Part shown: piece by piece, positions 48,687 to 56,635 of the stretch | Position numbering within the stretch: position 1 is the stretch's first letter | Layout of the letters: each line of letters starts with the position of its first letter | Virus record (IMG/VR): IMGVR_UViG_2706794597_000005 | Span: 9,601-73,600 of that record | Length of the DNA: 64,000 nucleotides | From: a virus | Lineage: Duplodnaviria; Caudoviricetes | Reading direction: 5' to 3' (one strand) | Made by a program: the position numbers and the translations under genes | The notes under the pieces: model-generated | The model's input: the letters and a program-made list of their open reading frames with translations, nothing else | The model's database searches: none | What the model was told of the DNA's origin: nothing

Positions 48687-48885
48687 GATTGTCTCCGTTG
48701 GTTGGCATTATCACAGGCACTCGTAAATGCCTGCTGTAATGTCAGTTATCATTTGTTCGCAGCTTTGCCACGCCTTCACAGAGTTGCTCTGCTACTTCTC
48801 GTCTTTCCGAGCCGTCAAGATAGGCCCAGTGAAACAGGCGATCACCTCCATCGAGAGAAGCTATCTATTCCTTGTCGGGGGAAAT

Positions 48886-49347
48886 CTACTTAGCCAGGCA
48901 CACGTTAGTGATATACGCCTGCAAGCCGTTTATTTGGCTTGTGGCAATTCCGATGCGCTCTCTGAGATGGAGATAATCCCGTTGAGCGGACTCAGTAAGT
49001 CGGGCGCTGGCATCATCAGGGACGCTGGCGGGTCCGGTGGTTTTGGACACTGGCTTTGTGCAAGTCGCGTTGAGCTGCAACCGCTTAGCGCCAGAAGCGA
49101 TATCAGCACGAAGGCGCTCGTTTTCAGATTTGGCATCTGCCAACTCCTTTGTGTATTTGATATCAATAGCGGCTACTGCTTGGCGCTGGGTCTCTATCTG
49201 GTCAAGAGTGGCTTGTTGCTGCTTGGCTACTTTGTTTAACTCAGCTACATCACGATTGAGTGATTGCACTCGGTAATGGTAGTAAGTCAGTCCAAACAGT
49301 GAAGCGATAAGCACAGCAACCAGAACGGCGGTTAATTTGCCAGACAT
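48886..49347 (-). CDS. Rz: Rz inner-membrane spanin
   Basis: N-terminal TM; D.KYTKELADAK..LRADI..G..RL; QI.GLQ.YI..C. Confidence 0.93.
   Translation of the reverse strand: MSGKLTAVLVAVLIASLFGLTYYHYRVQSLNRDVAELNKVAKQQQATLDQIETQRQAVAAIDIKYTKELADAKSENERLRADIASGAKRLQLNATCTKPVSKTTGPASVPDDASARLTESAQRDYLHLRERIGIATSQINGLQAYITNVCLAK
48930..49136 (-). CDS. Rz1: Rz1 outer-membrane spanin lipoprotein nested in Rz
   Basis: LALSGC lipobox and Pro-rich CPKPPDPPA segment in an alternate frame. Confidence 0.88.
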   Translation of the reverse strand: MPNLKTSAFVLISLLALSGCSSTRLAQSQCPKPPDPPASLMMPAPDLLSPLNGIISISESASELPQAK

Positions 49348-49844
49348 AACGCCTTCTCCTTTTCACGCCGGATGACTAAACCAGGCAATTGCTTCCCGCC
49401 ACCGTACGTCCATCGAGGGAATTGATAACAGGCCTCAGTAAACTTCCCTTCTCGCAGCATTCGATACATCGTTGATTTCTGCATCTGGGGGCAACCCGCG
49501 TTAAATGTGATGGAAGTAACCGCATCGAACTGGCCCTGATTCAGCTTGTTGCCATTGCCAAATTTGTTTACACAACGTTCAGCTTCAATAATATTTTTCT
49601 CCCAGTCTGCGGCGATCTGCTCATCAGACTTTCGGATGCCCTGCTTAACGCCATGAGTATTACCAATGCCATCGGTCAGCACTCCGGCCGGACATACGTA
49701 TGGGTCACGGCGGCATGATTCAGCATTACCAATAAGCTCTAAACCTTTCTCGCTAGTCCTAACCGTTCCGTTAGATACGACGATTGCAATAATAGCTGAT
49801 ACAGCGCAGGCGGTACCGGTAGTGACGCGCTTTAGTGCTGACAT
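49332..49844 (-). CDS. SAR endolysin, GH24 (P1 Lyz-like)
   Basis: Cys in the SAR helix; GLELIGNAESCRRDPYVCPAGVLTDGIGNT. Confidence 0.93.
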   Translation of the reverse strand: MSALKRVTTGTACAVSAIIAIVVSNGTVRTSEKGLELIGNAESCRRDPYVCPAGVLTDGIGNTHGVKQGIRKSDEQIAADWEKNIIEAERCVNKFGNGNKLNQGQFDAVTSITFNAGCPQMQKSTMYRMLREGKFTEACYQFPRWTYGGGKQLPGLVIRREKEKALCLAN

Positions 49845-50131
49845 TAATCAGCCTCCATTCTCTGCAAAGCCTCATTCACCACAGAGATTGCTTCAGGGTT
49901 AGTCTCGGCTGTCTTATCTTCCAAGAATTCACGAAGCAATTGAGTGCGCTTCTGCTCTTCCTTGAGTTGCGCATCCTTTTCACGCCGGTTCGCGTAATAC
50001 GTTTTTATTGTGAACCAGGCACTAATCAAAGCGCCGACAATAAAAATGTAATCCTGAGTGCTCAAAACAGAGAACGCGGCAAGTGACCCCGTCCACCAAT
50101 ACTGTAATTGGCTTGTGTCGTTCATTTTCAT
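49844..50131 (-). CDS. Holin with Met-Lys-Met dual-start motif
   Basis: ATG AAA ATG starts at 50131 and 50125; TM segment; charged tail; hairpin upstream. Confidence 0.8.
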   Translation of the reverse strand: MKMNDTSQLQYWWTGSLAAFSVLSTQDYIFIVGALISAWFTIKTYYANRREKDAQLKEEQKRTQLLREFLEDKTAETNPEAISVVNEALQRMEAD

Positions 50132-50268
50132 GACCCACCTCCCCATCCGGGGAATTATCTTCCCGGCGATTGGTCGGGTTCGTATGCTGTTTTGGGAATA
50201 GCCCTGCCGCCGTTTCCACTTTTCGCTAGAGGGCGTTTGCGGTTGATTGGTGTAGGCGGAGGGCTAAA

Positions 50269-50592
50269 TTATTTAAACGAGGCGTTACGCTTCAACATCT
50301 GCGCAATGCTCATGTCTTGGAACAAAATCTCAATTTCAAGCTTTTCAGCTAAAGCATATTCAGCTCGAGCACCGGCACTAGATTGCCACCCATCGAGCAT
50401 GTAAATAGCATCAGCTCGTTGAAGCATTGCTATGCAAATACACATGTAGTCAGGTTGAGATAATCCGTCAGGGAGAATTGCTGGGCTCAATGTGACGTGA
50501 CCAGATTCTGCTATCTCTTTGGCTGCCGCATTGAATGCAGAGCGATTGAAATCAGGCAAGCCAGTCATGGGGCCAGCGATATAAGTTTTCAT
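50269..50592 (-). CDS. DUF4406 / nucleoside 2-deoxyribosyltransferase-like protein
   Basis: YIAGPMTG..N..AF..PA..AML..DAIYML.GW..S.GA.AE. Confidence 0.85.
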   Translation of the reverse strand: MKTYIAGPMTGLPDFNRSAFNAAAKEIAESGHVTLSPAILPDGLSQPDYMCICIAMLQRADAIYMLDGWQSSAGARAEYALAEKLEIEILFQDMSIAQMLKRNASFK

Positions 50593-50776
50593 TGTTCTGG
50601 CTCCGTAAATAAAAAAGGCCCACCGAAGTGAGCCTTAAAAGTTGGTTATGCGTGGAGTTACTTAACGCATAAGAGAAATAGGTTAACGCATTCGGCTGGG
50701 TACTGTTTCACAACGATTGGATTAACCAACCCAGTACCCATGCGAATATCATTTTAATATTTATGATGTATATCAC

Positions 50777-50805
50777 TTGATGCGTAGTCTGTTTTCGATT
50801 ACATT
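50777..50805 (+). promoter_or_regulatory. Sigma70 promoter of the acr-aca operon with an overlapping inverted repeat (candidate Aca operator)
   Basis: TTGATG-17 bp-TACATT; GTAGTC-N7-GATTAC at 50784-50802. Confidence 0.65.
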
Positions 50806-50837
50806 AATCACATAGACAACGCGACGAGGCAAGCAAA

Positions 50838-51296
50838 ATGAAATTATTCCACGGCTCTTACAGCAACACCGCACCAGTTATCAAAGTAGGACAGTTCGCA
50901 ATGAGCGGTGATAACGTGTTTGATGGTCTGTTTGCTTCTGCTGAAGCAGAAATAGCAGAGTCACATGGTGATTTCATTCACTCTTATGAAGTTGATTCAG
51001 TCGCAACTAACTCAGATTTGAACGCCAGCATTGAAGAAGTGATTTCGTTCTTATCTTCTGAAATCGAAGCCGATGCTGATGAAATTGAATCACTGGCTAA
51101 CGCAATTGCTGATGATGAGTGTGATGATGCTTTTGAACACCTGTTAGCGCCTCGCTCTTGCACTGGCAACGCCTCATGGGAAATGCAGCGGCTGCGTGGT
51201 CGTGTTGCCGCTCACCTCGGTTTCGATGCGGTAGAAATGGATGACGAGCACGGCACTTCATACTTAATCGTAAATCCAGCAATCACGGCGGCTTGA
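50838..51296 (+). CDS. acrIF11: AcrIF11-family anti-CRISPR ADP-ribosyltransferase
   Basis: LFHGSY, VFDGLF, SHG, WEMQRLRG..A..LG...VEMDDEHGT match the recalled Pseudomonas AcrIF11 (LFHGSY, VFGGLF, WELQRLRG, VEMEDEHGT); very acidic. Confidence 0.88.
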   Translation: MKLFHGSYSNTAPVIKVGQFAMSGDNVFDGLFASAEAEIAESHGDFIHSYEVDSVATNSDLNASIEEVISFLSSEIEADADEIESLANAIADDECDDAFEHLLAPRSCTGNASWEMQRLRGRVAAHLGFDAVEMDDEHGTSYLIVNPAITAA

Positions 51297-51297
51297 T

Positions 51298-51468
51298 ATG
51301 GAACTAATCGAATATATCAAACTAAATTTTTCAGCCAATCAATCTGAGTTTGCCCGACACATGGGTGTTGACCGACAAAAAATCCAAGTGTGGATAAAGA
51401 GTGAGTGGATTGTTGTTGGTAATAAGCTTTACGCCCCACGCCGAGAGATTCCTGAAATTGATATGTAG
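51298..51468 (+). CDS. aca5: Aca5-like HTH anti-CRISPR-associated regulator (56 aa; below the ORF-track cutoff)
   Basis: MELIEYIKLNFSANQSEFARHMGVDRQKIQVWIKSEWIVVGNKLYAPRREIPEIDM; shares EYI..NF..N...FARHMGVD..WIKSEW..RREIP with the recalled Aca5; starts 1 nt after the acr stop. Confidence 0.85.
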   Translation: MELIEYIKLNFSANQSEFARHMGVDRQKIQVWIKSEWIVVGNKLYAPRREIPEIDM

Positions 51469-51474
51469 AAATGC

Positions 51475-51505
51475 AAAAAGCCCAACCGGTTAGGGCTGGG
51501 CCTTG
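51475..51505. terminator. Terminator closing the acr-aca cassette
   Basis: aaaaaGCCCAACC-ggttag-GGCTGGGC. Confidence 0.65.
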
Positions 51506-51612
51506 AATACTTGCTCGGCTCACTCCCCAACACTGTCATGACATTATGGGGACTACGAAGTTGTCATGACCGGATACCTACTTGCCGAGCGGTGGTATCG
51601 TACGCTCTTTAT

Positions 51613-51706
51613 AAAAGCCCCGGCGATTAACCGAGGCTTCAAGTGCGTCAACAATGGACAAATTCCCACTGTTAGAAACTTTAACCCCAACTTTCGGAAA
51701 AGTAAA
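51613..51706 (-). promoter_or_regulatory. Late promoter pR' region and tR'-like terminator
   Basis: Minus strand TTTACT..TAAAGT just downstream of Q; hairpin aaaaGCCCCGG..CCGAGGC at 51613-51639. Confidence 0.55.
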
Positions 51707-51743
51707 TAGCTATAGATAAAATAATTAACTATTTTCTAATTCA

Positions 51744-52514
51744 TTATTTGGTTACCTCCTTAAGCACCCTTTCTGCGTTACTTTCCTCGACATCAAGCTG
51801 ATGAATCAATGAGTCATAAAACGGTTTTATCGTCTTATCCCACGTTGCCGCACTAATTAAATCGGTGAATGCACAAATTGCCCTGAATGCGTCTGCTGCC
51901 GGTATTCGCTCATACCCAAGCCCGTTGCAGCGCTTGCAGTCACGTAGAACTGGAACACCTTGTCTCTCCGTTTCTTTTTGGTCAACAGCAACTCGCCTGC
52001 CACGGCAATCACGACACGCCACCGAAAGATGCCCCTTGCCATTACAGTGAGTGCAAATTTCGTCTACAACTTCGACCTTGGTTTTTGCTGGTGTTTTATC
52101 CCCGCAACCAGGGTGCTTGATAACGTTCTTTGCCCCGCTGATAAACTTCTTTCCCTTACATCGCGGACACTCTTCCACCCCAGAGGCGCTGCGGCAATAA
52201 TCCTTATAGGCGAAAGTTGCGAGCTTTTGCACTACCTTCACTTTAATCTTGGTGTCTAGCTTGCGTAAGGCTGCAACCTTGTCGCAATGCTTCATTCCAT
52301 ACTGAGTGAGTAATTGAATTGCACGTTTAACATCATCCTGACTTAGCCCTAGCTTTCCCCAAAAAGCTTTAATGCCAAGCTCCGCCCTCGACTGGCACAT
52401 TCCGAAAGCACCCATATGATCGGTGCCGGTAAGAGTGTCGCCAGTACATCTAGGTGAGTCAGTGAAGGACTGAGTTTTGCAGAAGAAATATTTTGATGCT
52501 GATTCTAAGCTCAT
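51744..52514 (-). CDS. Q: Late antiterminator Q (Cys-rich type)
   Basis: TLTGTD.M.AFG, DYCRSA, repeated CxxCxG motifs; between the nin region and lysis genes. Confidence 0.9.
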   Translation of the reverse strand: MSLESASKYFFCKTQSFTDSPRCTGDTLTGTDHMGAFGMCQSRAELGIKAFWGKLGLSQDDVKRAIQLLTQYGMKHCDKVAALRKLDTKIKVKVVQKLATFAYKDYCRSASGVEECPRCKGKKFISGAKNVIKHPGCGDKTPAKTKVEVVDEICTHCNGKGHLSVACRDCRGRRVAVDQKETERQGVPVLRDCKRCNGLGYERIPAADAFRAICAFTDLISAATWDKTIKPFYDSLIHQLDVEESNAERVLKEVTK

Positions 52515-52702
52515 TCTGACCTCTTCCTGCCAGTTGTCCCGACCATCAGCCGACCATTAACAATGGCGTGCCGTTCGCCTTTAAAGTCATTGGCGTATTT
52601 CTTTACTGTTGAGCGCTGAGTGTTTAGCTGGACCGCAACAGTTGATTGGTTTCCATAAGCGGAAATTAGTAACTCGGGAATAGTTTTCACATCTGCTTTC
52701 AT
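52511..52702 (-). CDS. ninH: NinH
   Basis: TIPELL...GNQ..VA..R.TV.KY..HAIVNG.LMV. Confidence 0.88.
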   Translation of the reverse strand: MKADVKTIPELLISAYGNQSTVAVQLNTQRSTVKKYANDFKGERHAIVNGRLMVGTTGRKRSE

Positions 52703-53343
52703 GCGGCCTCCTGAAGTTTTTTAAGCGATCGGGTTTTTGCCCTATATTCGTCACGAATGCGGATATAATCATCACGCCGGTAATGATTCATTTCGTGCGG
52801 ACCATCAAGCCAATCAACCAATTCTTGTCCAAACTTCTTTGCCAGCGATTCCCTGTACATCTTCTCAACCGTTGCCGCCTTGCCGCCGTACTTAGCTGAC
52901 CCGGCATTGCACGATTTGCACTGCCGATAGGCATTGCACTCAACGAACCGGAGTTCAGGGAAGCCGCCGACAGTTTTAAAATGACCACAATCCCACTGGC
53001 CACCGTGCAGATCTGGCGGGTTGGTTTCGCCGCAGCTAATGCAGGGCTGGTCGTGGTCGCGGGTTCGGATGTATTCGTTGAAGGCTTGCTGGGCTAACTT
53101 TTTGAAGTGACTATCTGGCTTGAGTTCTAACTTGCGGATTTTTAGGCTTTGCCTTTCGGCTTGGGTTTCCTTTTTTCGTCGCTGTTCATCTTTCTGTATC
53201 GTGTTCTGGCGGGCCTTAACTGCTAACTGCTTTATGTATTCCTCTTTGTGTTTTTCATCGCACCACCACTCATACTGCGTCGCTGGCTTGAACCTCGTTT
53301 TGCATACTTTGCAGTTACGATGGCTCGGTAGCTTGTTTATCAT
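52699..53343 (-). CDS. ninG: NinG/Rap endonuclease
   Basis: Q.AFN.YIR.RD...CISCG, WDCGH, ELRF..QC..CN. Confidence 0.92.
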   Translation of the reverse strand: MINKLPSHRNCKVCKTRFKPATQYEWWCDEKHKEEYIKQLAVKARQNTIQKDEQRRKKETQAERQSLKIRKLELKPDSHFKKLAQQAFNEYIRTRDHDQPCISCGETNPPDLHGGQWDCGHFKTVGGFPELRFVECNAYRQCKSCNAGSAKYGGKAATVEKMYRESLAKKFGQELVDWLDGPHEMNHYRRDDYIRIRDEYRAKTRSLKKLQEAA

Positions 53344-53464
53344 CGGCTTCCTCCAACATTTCTATTGAAGCGTTTTCCTGATCGCACTTATCACACGAAT
53401 AAACTTCATCGGGCTTTAGCGTTGCGCGGCAGAACGCGCAGACTGAGCGCTGTAGTTCAAGCAT
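53315..53464 (-). CDS. ninF: NinF-like small zinc-finger protein (49 aa)
   Basis: Hand translation MLELQRSVCAFCRATLKPDEVYSCDKC..; lies between ninE and ninG. Confidence 0.7.
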   Translation of the reverse strand: MLELQRSVCAFCRATLKPDEVYSCDKCDQENASIEMLEEADDKQATEPS

Positions 53465-53630
53465 TCTTTCTACTCCTGAGTCTTAGCCAGCGTTTAGCTA
53501 ATAACGGATAGATGGCGTCATATGTGGGTATTTCGCTGGCGGGGATTTGTTTGGTTAGCTTGGTTCGGGATGTCTTGCGGAATATCAGGTTATCTATGGC
53601 GATCTGTGTCGGGCTACGTTGTCGGCTCAT
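53457..53630 (-). CDS. ninE: NinE (57 aa)
   Basis: Hand translation MSRQRSPTQIAIDNLIF..SEIPTYD..RWLRLRSR. Confidence 0.8.
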   Translation of the reverse strand: MSRQRSPTQIAIDNLIFRKTSRTKLTKQIPASEIPTYDAIYPLLAKRWLRLRSRKNA

Positions 53631-53803
53631 TCATGCCGCCTTCCTGATTTTCTTAGGAAAATCCAATAGGGCCATGTGATGCCAATGCAAAATGCCCTCG
53701 CATACCCCACGACTGTTTCTTTACTGCCTTGAATGTCATGAGCCCATTCAGATACAACTCCAGCCATCCAGAAATATGCTGCGACTAATATCAGAGTAAT
53801 CAT
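53627..53803 (-). CDS. Small membrane protein (58 aa)
   Basis: Hand translation MITLILVAAYFWMAG..CIGITWPYWIFL; GAGGT RBS; overlaps the ninE start. Confidence 0.6.
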   Translation of the reverse strand: MITLILVAAYFWMAGVVSEWAHDIQGSKETVVGYARAFCIGITWPYWIFLRKSGRRHE

Positions 53804-53812
53804 GCTGCCACC

Positions 53813-54262
53813 TCAGAAGTAGCTATAAAGTTGGTTGATAATGTTCTGGTCAGTCGTTCGACCAAACAGGTGTTTTATTGCGGCGTTAACCATCGCGTTG
53901 TAACAGCGTTCGAACTCGTCAGGCTCCATGTTCGCGTAAGCCAAACTCTTTGCTTCCGTCCTGATATCACCATTCAGCCTCATCGTTTGCTCATAGAATC
54001 CCGCCAGAATGGTTAAGTCCTTTCTGAATCGGTCAAATTGAGTGGATTCATCTGCGTTGGCCAGCGCCGTTTTATCAGCAGACCAGTGGGAAAAGCAGAA
54101 ATTGAATAAGGCGAACATTTTTCGGTGAAAGGCGGGGTTGCGAGTTAGCTTAATGTCGGCGGTGTACATCTCGCCGTTTTTGAACTTGGTTAACCTAGGT
54201 AAGTCATGATCGAAGGCTGGTACAAAAACGCCACCGGCATTCTTGACCATTTCGATTTGCAT
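53813..54262 (-). CDS. DUF1367 family protein
   Basis: RNPAFHRKMFAL, FRK.L...AG.Y, KSLAYANM...EF...Y. Confidence 0.8.
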   Translation of the reverse strand: MQIEMVKNAGGVFVPAFDHDLPRLTKFKNGEMYTADIKLTRNPAFHRKMFALFNFCFSHWSADKTALANADESTQFDRFRKDLTILAGFYEQTMRLNGDIRTEAKSLAYANMEPDEFERCYNAMVNAAIKHLFGRTTDQNIINQLYSYF

Positions 54263-54355
54263 TAAAAATCTACCTGCTCGGGTGAGTTAGCCAAATTAGC
54301 CATACGAAGAATATTCCGGAACATATGGCACCTAAGAAATAAAACCACTCACTGG

Positions 54356-54889
54356 TCATAGTGGCCTCTCCGGCGAGTCAGGTAGTTGTGCCCAATATGT
54401 GATTGTCACTTTGTCAGGGTCACAGTCATCCTCAATTGGCTCTAGCCGGTCGCGCTTATACTTCTTGTTATCACAGTGATAATAAAACGGTATGTAACAA
54501 GGCTCATCGCCGTCATAGTAAGTACCCCAGCCCGTATAATGACCTTCTTTGTCGGGCATTCGGTCACTGAACTTAATCCAACAATCCGGTATCTCCGGAG
54601 AGTTCAACTGTGAAATTGGCGGGAATAAATAAAGCTTTTGGTCATCTTTAATTTCGATTTCATTTTCATTTTTATCAACAAAACTCCATCCGTAGCAATC
54701 GCCGCCGCCCGTATAGATGAAATCTATAGGCTCAGCCCTCTTTGCAGCTAACGCGATTCGAGCTAGGGAAAGTAATTCTCGAGGGCTTACTGGCATTTCA
54801 TCACCAGTTGGAGTGTTATGAATCTCTTGCTGGCAGGAACTTATAATTTCTTCAATCTCTTCTACAGTGAAACTATCTAATTCTTTCAT
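54356..54889 (-). CDS. Eaa/DUF551-like mosaic phage protein
   Basis: LARIALAA, NSPEIPD.WI..S.RMP..TYWAQLP. Confidence 0.7.
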   Translation of the reverse strand: MKELDSFTVEEIEEIISSCQQEIHNTPTGDEMPVSPRELLSLARIALAAKRAEPIDFIYTGGGDCYGWSFVDKNENEIEIKDDQKLYLFPPISQLNSPEIPDCWIKFSDRMPDKEGHYTGWGTYYDGDEPCYIPFYYHCDNKKYKRDRLEPIEDDCDPDKVTITYWAQLPDSPERPL

Positions 54890-54898
54890 GGGGTTACC

Positions 54899-55114
54899 TC
54901 AATAGCAGAAGTCAACAGTGAATTCGTTTTCACACTCAGGGCATGTGACATCAACGTCTCGAGTTGCATGTGTGTCGTGCTCTAGTGGCTCGAAATCAGC
55001 ATCACAGCGGAAGTCTTCATCATCCATCATGTCAAATCGCTCACGACACTTAGGGCAGGTAACATACAATTGGATTTCCCAATTTGCGTAAGTTTTTACC
55101 TTCTTAATACTCAT
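54899..55114 (-). CDS. Small zinc-ribbon protein
   Basis: CPKC..CPEC motifs. Confidence 0.65.
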   Translation of the reverse strand: MSIKKVKTYANWEIQLYVTCPKCRERFDMMDDEDFRCDADFEPLEHDTHATRDVDVTCPECENEFTVDFCY

Positions 55115-55276
55115 TCACTCTCTCCCCCTCTCAAATTCAGCTATCAGCAACAGCACATTTTCCGGCGTTGCATCGTCTTGCCAGTTGTCTGATGTGTCGC
55201 TAGCTTCACGGAGCATGATTTCTTCTTGTGCGGCAGCTTTAAGGTCGGTGATTAGTGCTTCGATTGACTTGCTCAT
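55115..55276 (-). CDS. Ead/Ea22-like small protein (53 aa)
   Basis: Hand translation ..ATPENVLLLIAEFE; coupled to both neighbours. Confidence 0.55.
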   Translation of the reverse strand: MSKSIEALITDLKAAAQEEIMLREASDTSDNWQDDATPENVLLLIAEFERGRE

Positions 55277-55464
55277 TCATTTTCCATCCCCAGAAATGAC
55301 AGTGAAGTTATCCCGATTGGTTTAACGCCAAATTTAATTTCAATTAAACCCTTTAATCGCTCCAAATCTTCTTGGCTAACAATTCTAAACAGTATCTGTG
55401 CTATTCCTGTTGCATTGCTTTCACCAAAATCAGCACAGTAATGGTATATGTATCGGTTACTCAT
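55273..55464 (-). CDS. Hypothetical phage protein
   Basis: Translationally coupled ORF in the nin region. Confidence 0.6.
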   Translation of the reverse strand: MSNRYIYHYCADFGESNATGIAQILFRIVSQEDLERLKGLIEIKFGVKPIGITSLSFLGMENE

Positions 55465-55662
55465 TCACTCTCTCCCTTGATTCATTGCAGCATGTCTATC
55501 GCATGGGTTATCGAATTCGCAGCATTCAGTAAAGCCACCGGTACATTTTTTAAACCAAACATGCTCTTTACTGTGGTTTACAGCGTGCTTATCCGGGCCC
55601 CATGCGGTTCTTGCTGCAGAAAGGAATTGAGTCGCGTCTTCTTTGTTGATTAATCTACTCAT
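55465..55662 (-). CDS. Hypothetical Cys/His-rich phage protein
   Basis: Translationally coupled ORF in the nin region. Confidence 0.55.
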   Translation of the reverse strand: MSRLINKEDATQFLSAARTAWGPDKHAVNHSKEHVWFKKCTGGFTECCEFDNPCDRHAAMNQGRE

Positions 55663-55949
55663 TTCCCGCCTCCTTTAATCCGAATGCCCGCGTTCTTGAG
55701 TGCTTGCTTGATGTCGTAATTTAATCTTGATGGGTATCCATATGGATCAAAGTCAGGATACTCCACCTCAATGCTTTCACGGCTGGCTTTCCAGAAATGC
55801 CAAGCCAGCCCAATTCCGGCTGTAACAATTCTTGCCTCATCCCAATACCCGTCACCATGCCTAGCAGAAATCACCTGCTCAATCCTTAACCCCCTTTTGG
55901 CTGCAAATTCAATTTCAAACTCTTCCCGCGATTTAGTTATGTCCATCAT
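55659..55949 (-). CDS. Hypothetical phage protein
   Basis: SREEFE..AW..WKASR..AGI.IKG pattern common after replication gene P. Confidence 0.65.
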   Translation of the reverse strand: MMDITKSREEFEIEFAAKRGLRIEQVISARHGDGYWDEARIVTAGIGLAWHFWKASRESIEVEYPDFDPYGYPSRLNYDIKQALKNAGIRIKGGGK

Positions 55950-56635
55950 GATTTCCTCGTCATGTTCAGCTTGGCGCGCAGTTCAGCAATGTGATCCAGT
56001 GCCTTCTCGTTGCTAACCGGTATGTGAAGTTTGGGGATTTGCACTACCGGCGCGGGGATCGGCTCACCAGATTCAATGCGCTTCGACATGTCAGCCAACT
56101 CTTTGCCGCAACGTTTCCGTAAGTCCTGCTCAGATAGCCCCTGCACTCGCTGCTGTGAATAAAGCTTTGTGACCATCCAGTAAGCCGGATTGCTGGGCCA
56201 AGGGAATGCTTCGGCACTGCTGAACATGTCACGACGCTTGGCATAATCCATCACCATGTCATAAAGCTCATCAGCATCAGGCAGTCCAGCGGCGCGGGTG
56301 GCACCCTGCTTACACCATGCAATGAATTGACCAGGTGACGGGAGGAACGGCGTAGCCTGCTGACGAGCAATCTTCATACCGGCATCAACTTGATCCATGT
56401 TGGTAATGCCGTTTTCTATGAATGCCAACACCCACTGGCGACGTAGCTCGTTCAGGTCGCGTTGGTCTTTGATGCTAGTCATCAGCGCTGGAAATGCAGC
56501 CTTCAACTGGCGAAATAGCTCGTTGAATATATCCGCGGCCTGCTCTGGCACCTGCTGCTTTGGCTTATCAGCGGCGTACATCTGCTGCAATGATTGACCA
56601 TCACGGTTCTGGATGGCTGTGACGACATTTCTCAT
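55946..56635 (-). CDS. P: Replication protein P (DnaB loader)
   Basis: FNELFRQL.AAFPA, RRQW..AF.ENGI, PFLPSPGQF..WC. Confidence 0.93.
   Translation of the reverse strand: MRNVVTAIQNRDGQSLQQMYAADKPKQQVPEQAADIFNELFRQLKAAFPALMTSIKDQRDLNELRRQWVLAFIENGITNMDQVDAGMKIARQQATPFLPSPGQFIAWCKQGATRAAGLPDADELYDMVMDYAKRRDMFSSAEAFPWPSNPAYWMVTKLYSQQRVQGLSEQDLRKRCGKELADMSKRIESGEPIPAPVVQIPKLHIPVSNEKALDHIAELRAKLNMTRKS

Noticed and set aside
48727-49239. 170-aa plus-strand ORF
   Set aside because: Antisense shadow of Rz/Rz1 with no recognisable motif
51317-51523. 68-aa minus-strand ORF from the track
   Set aside because: Shadow of the aca5-like gene on the plus strand
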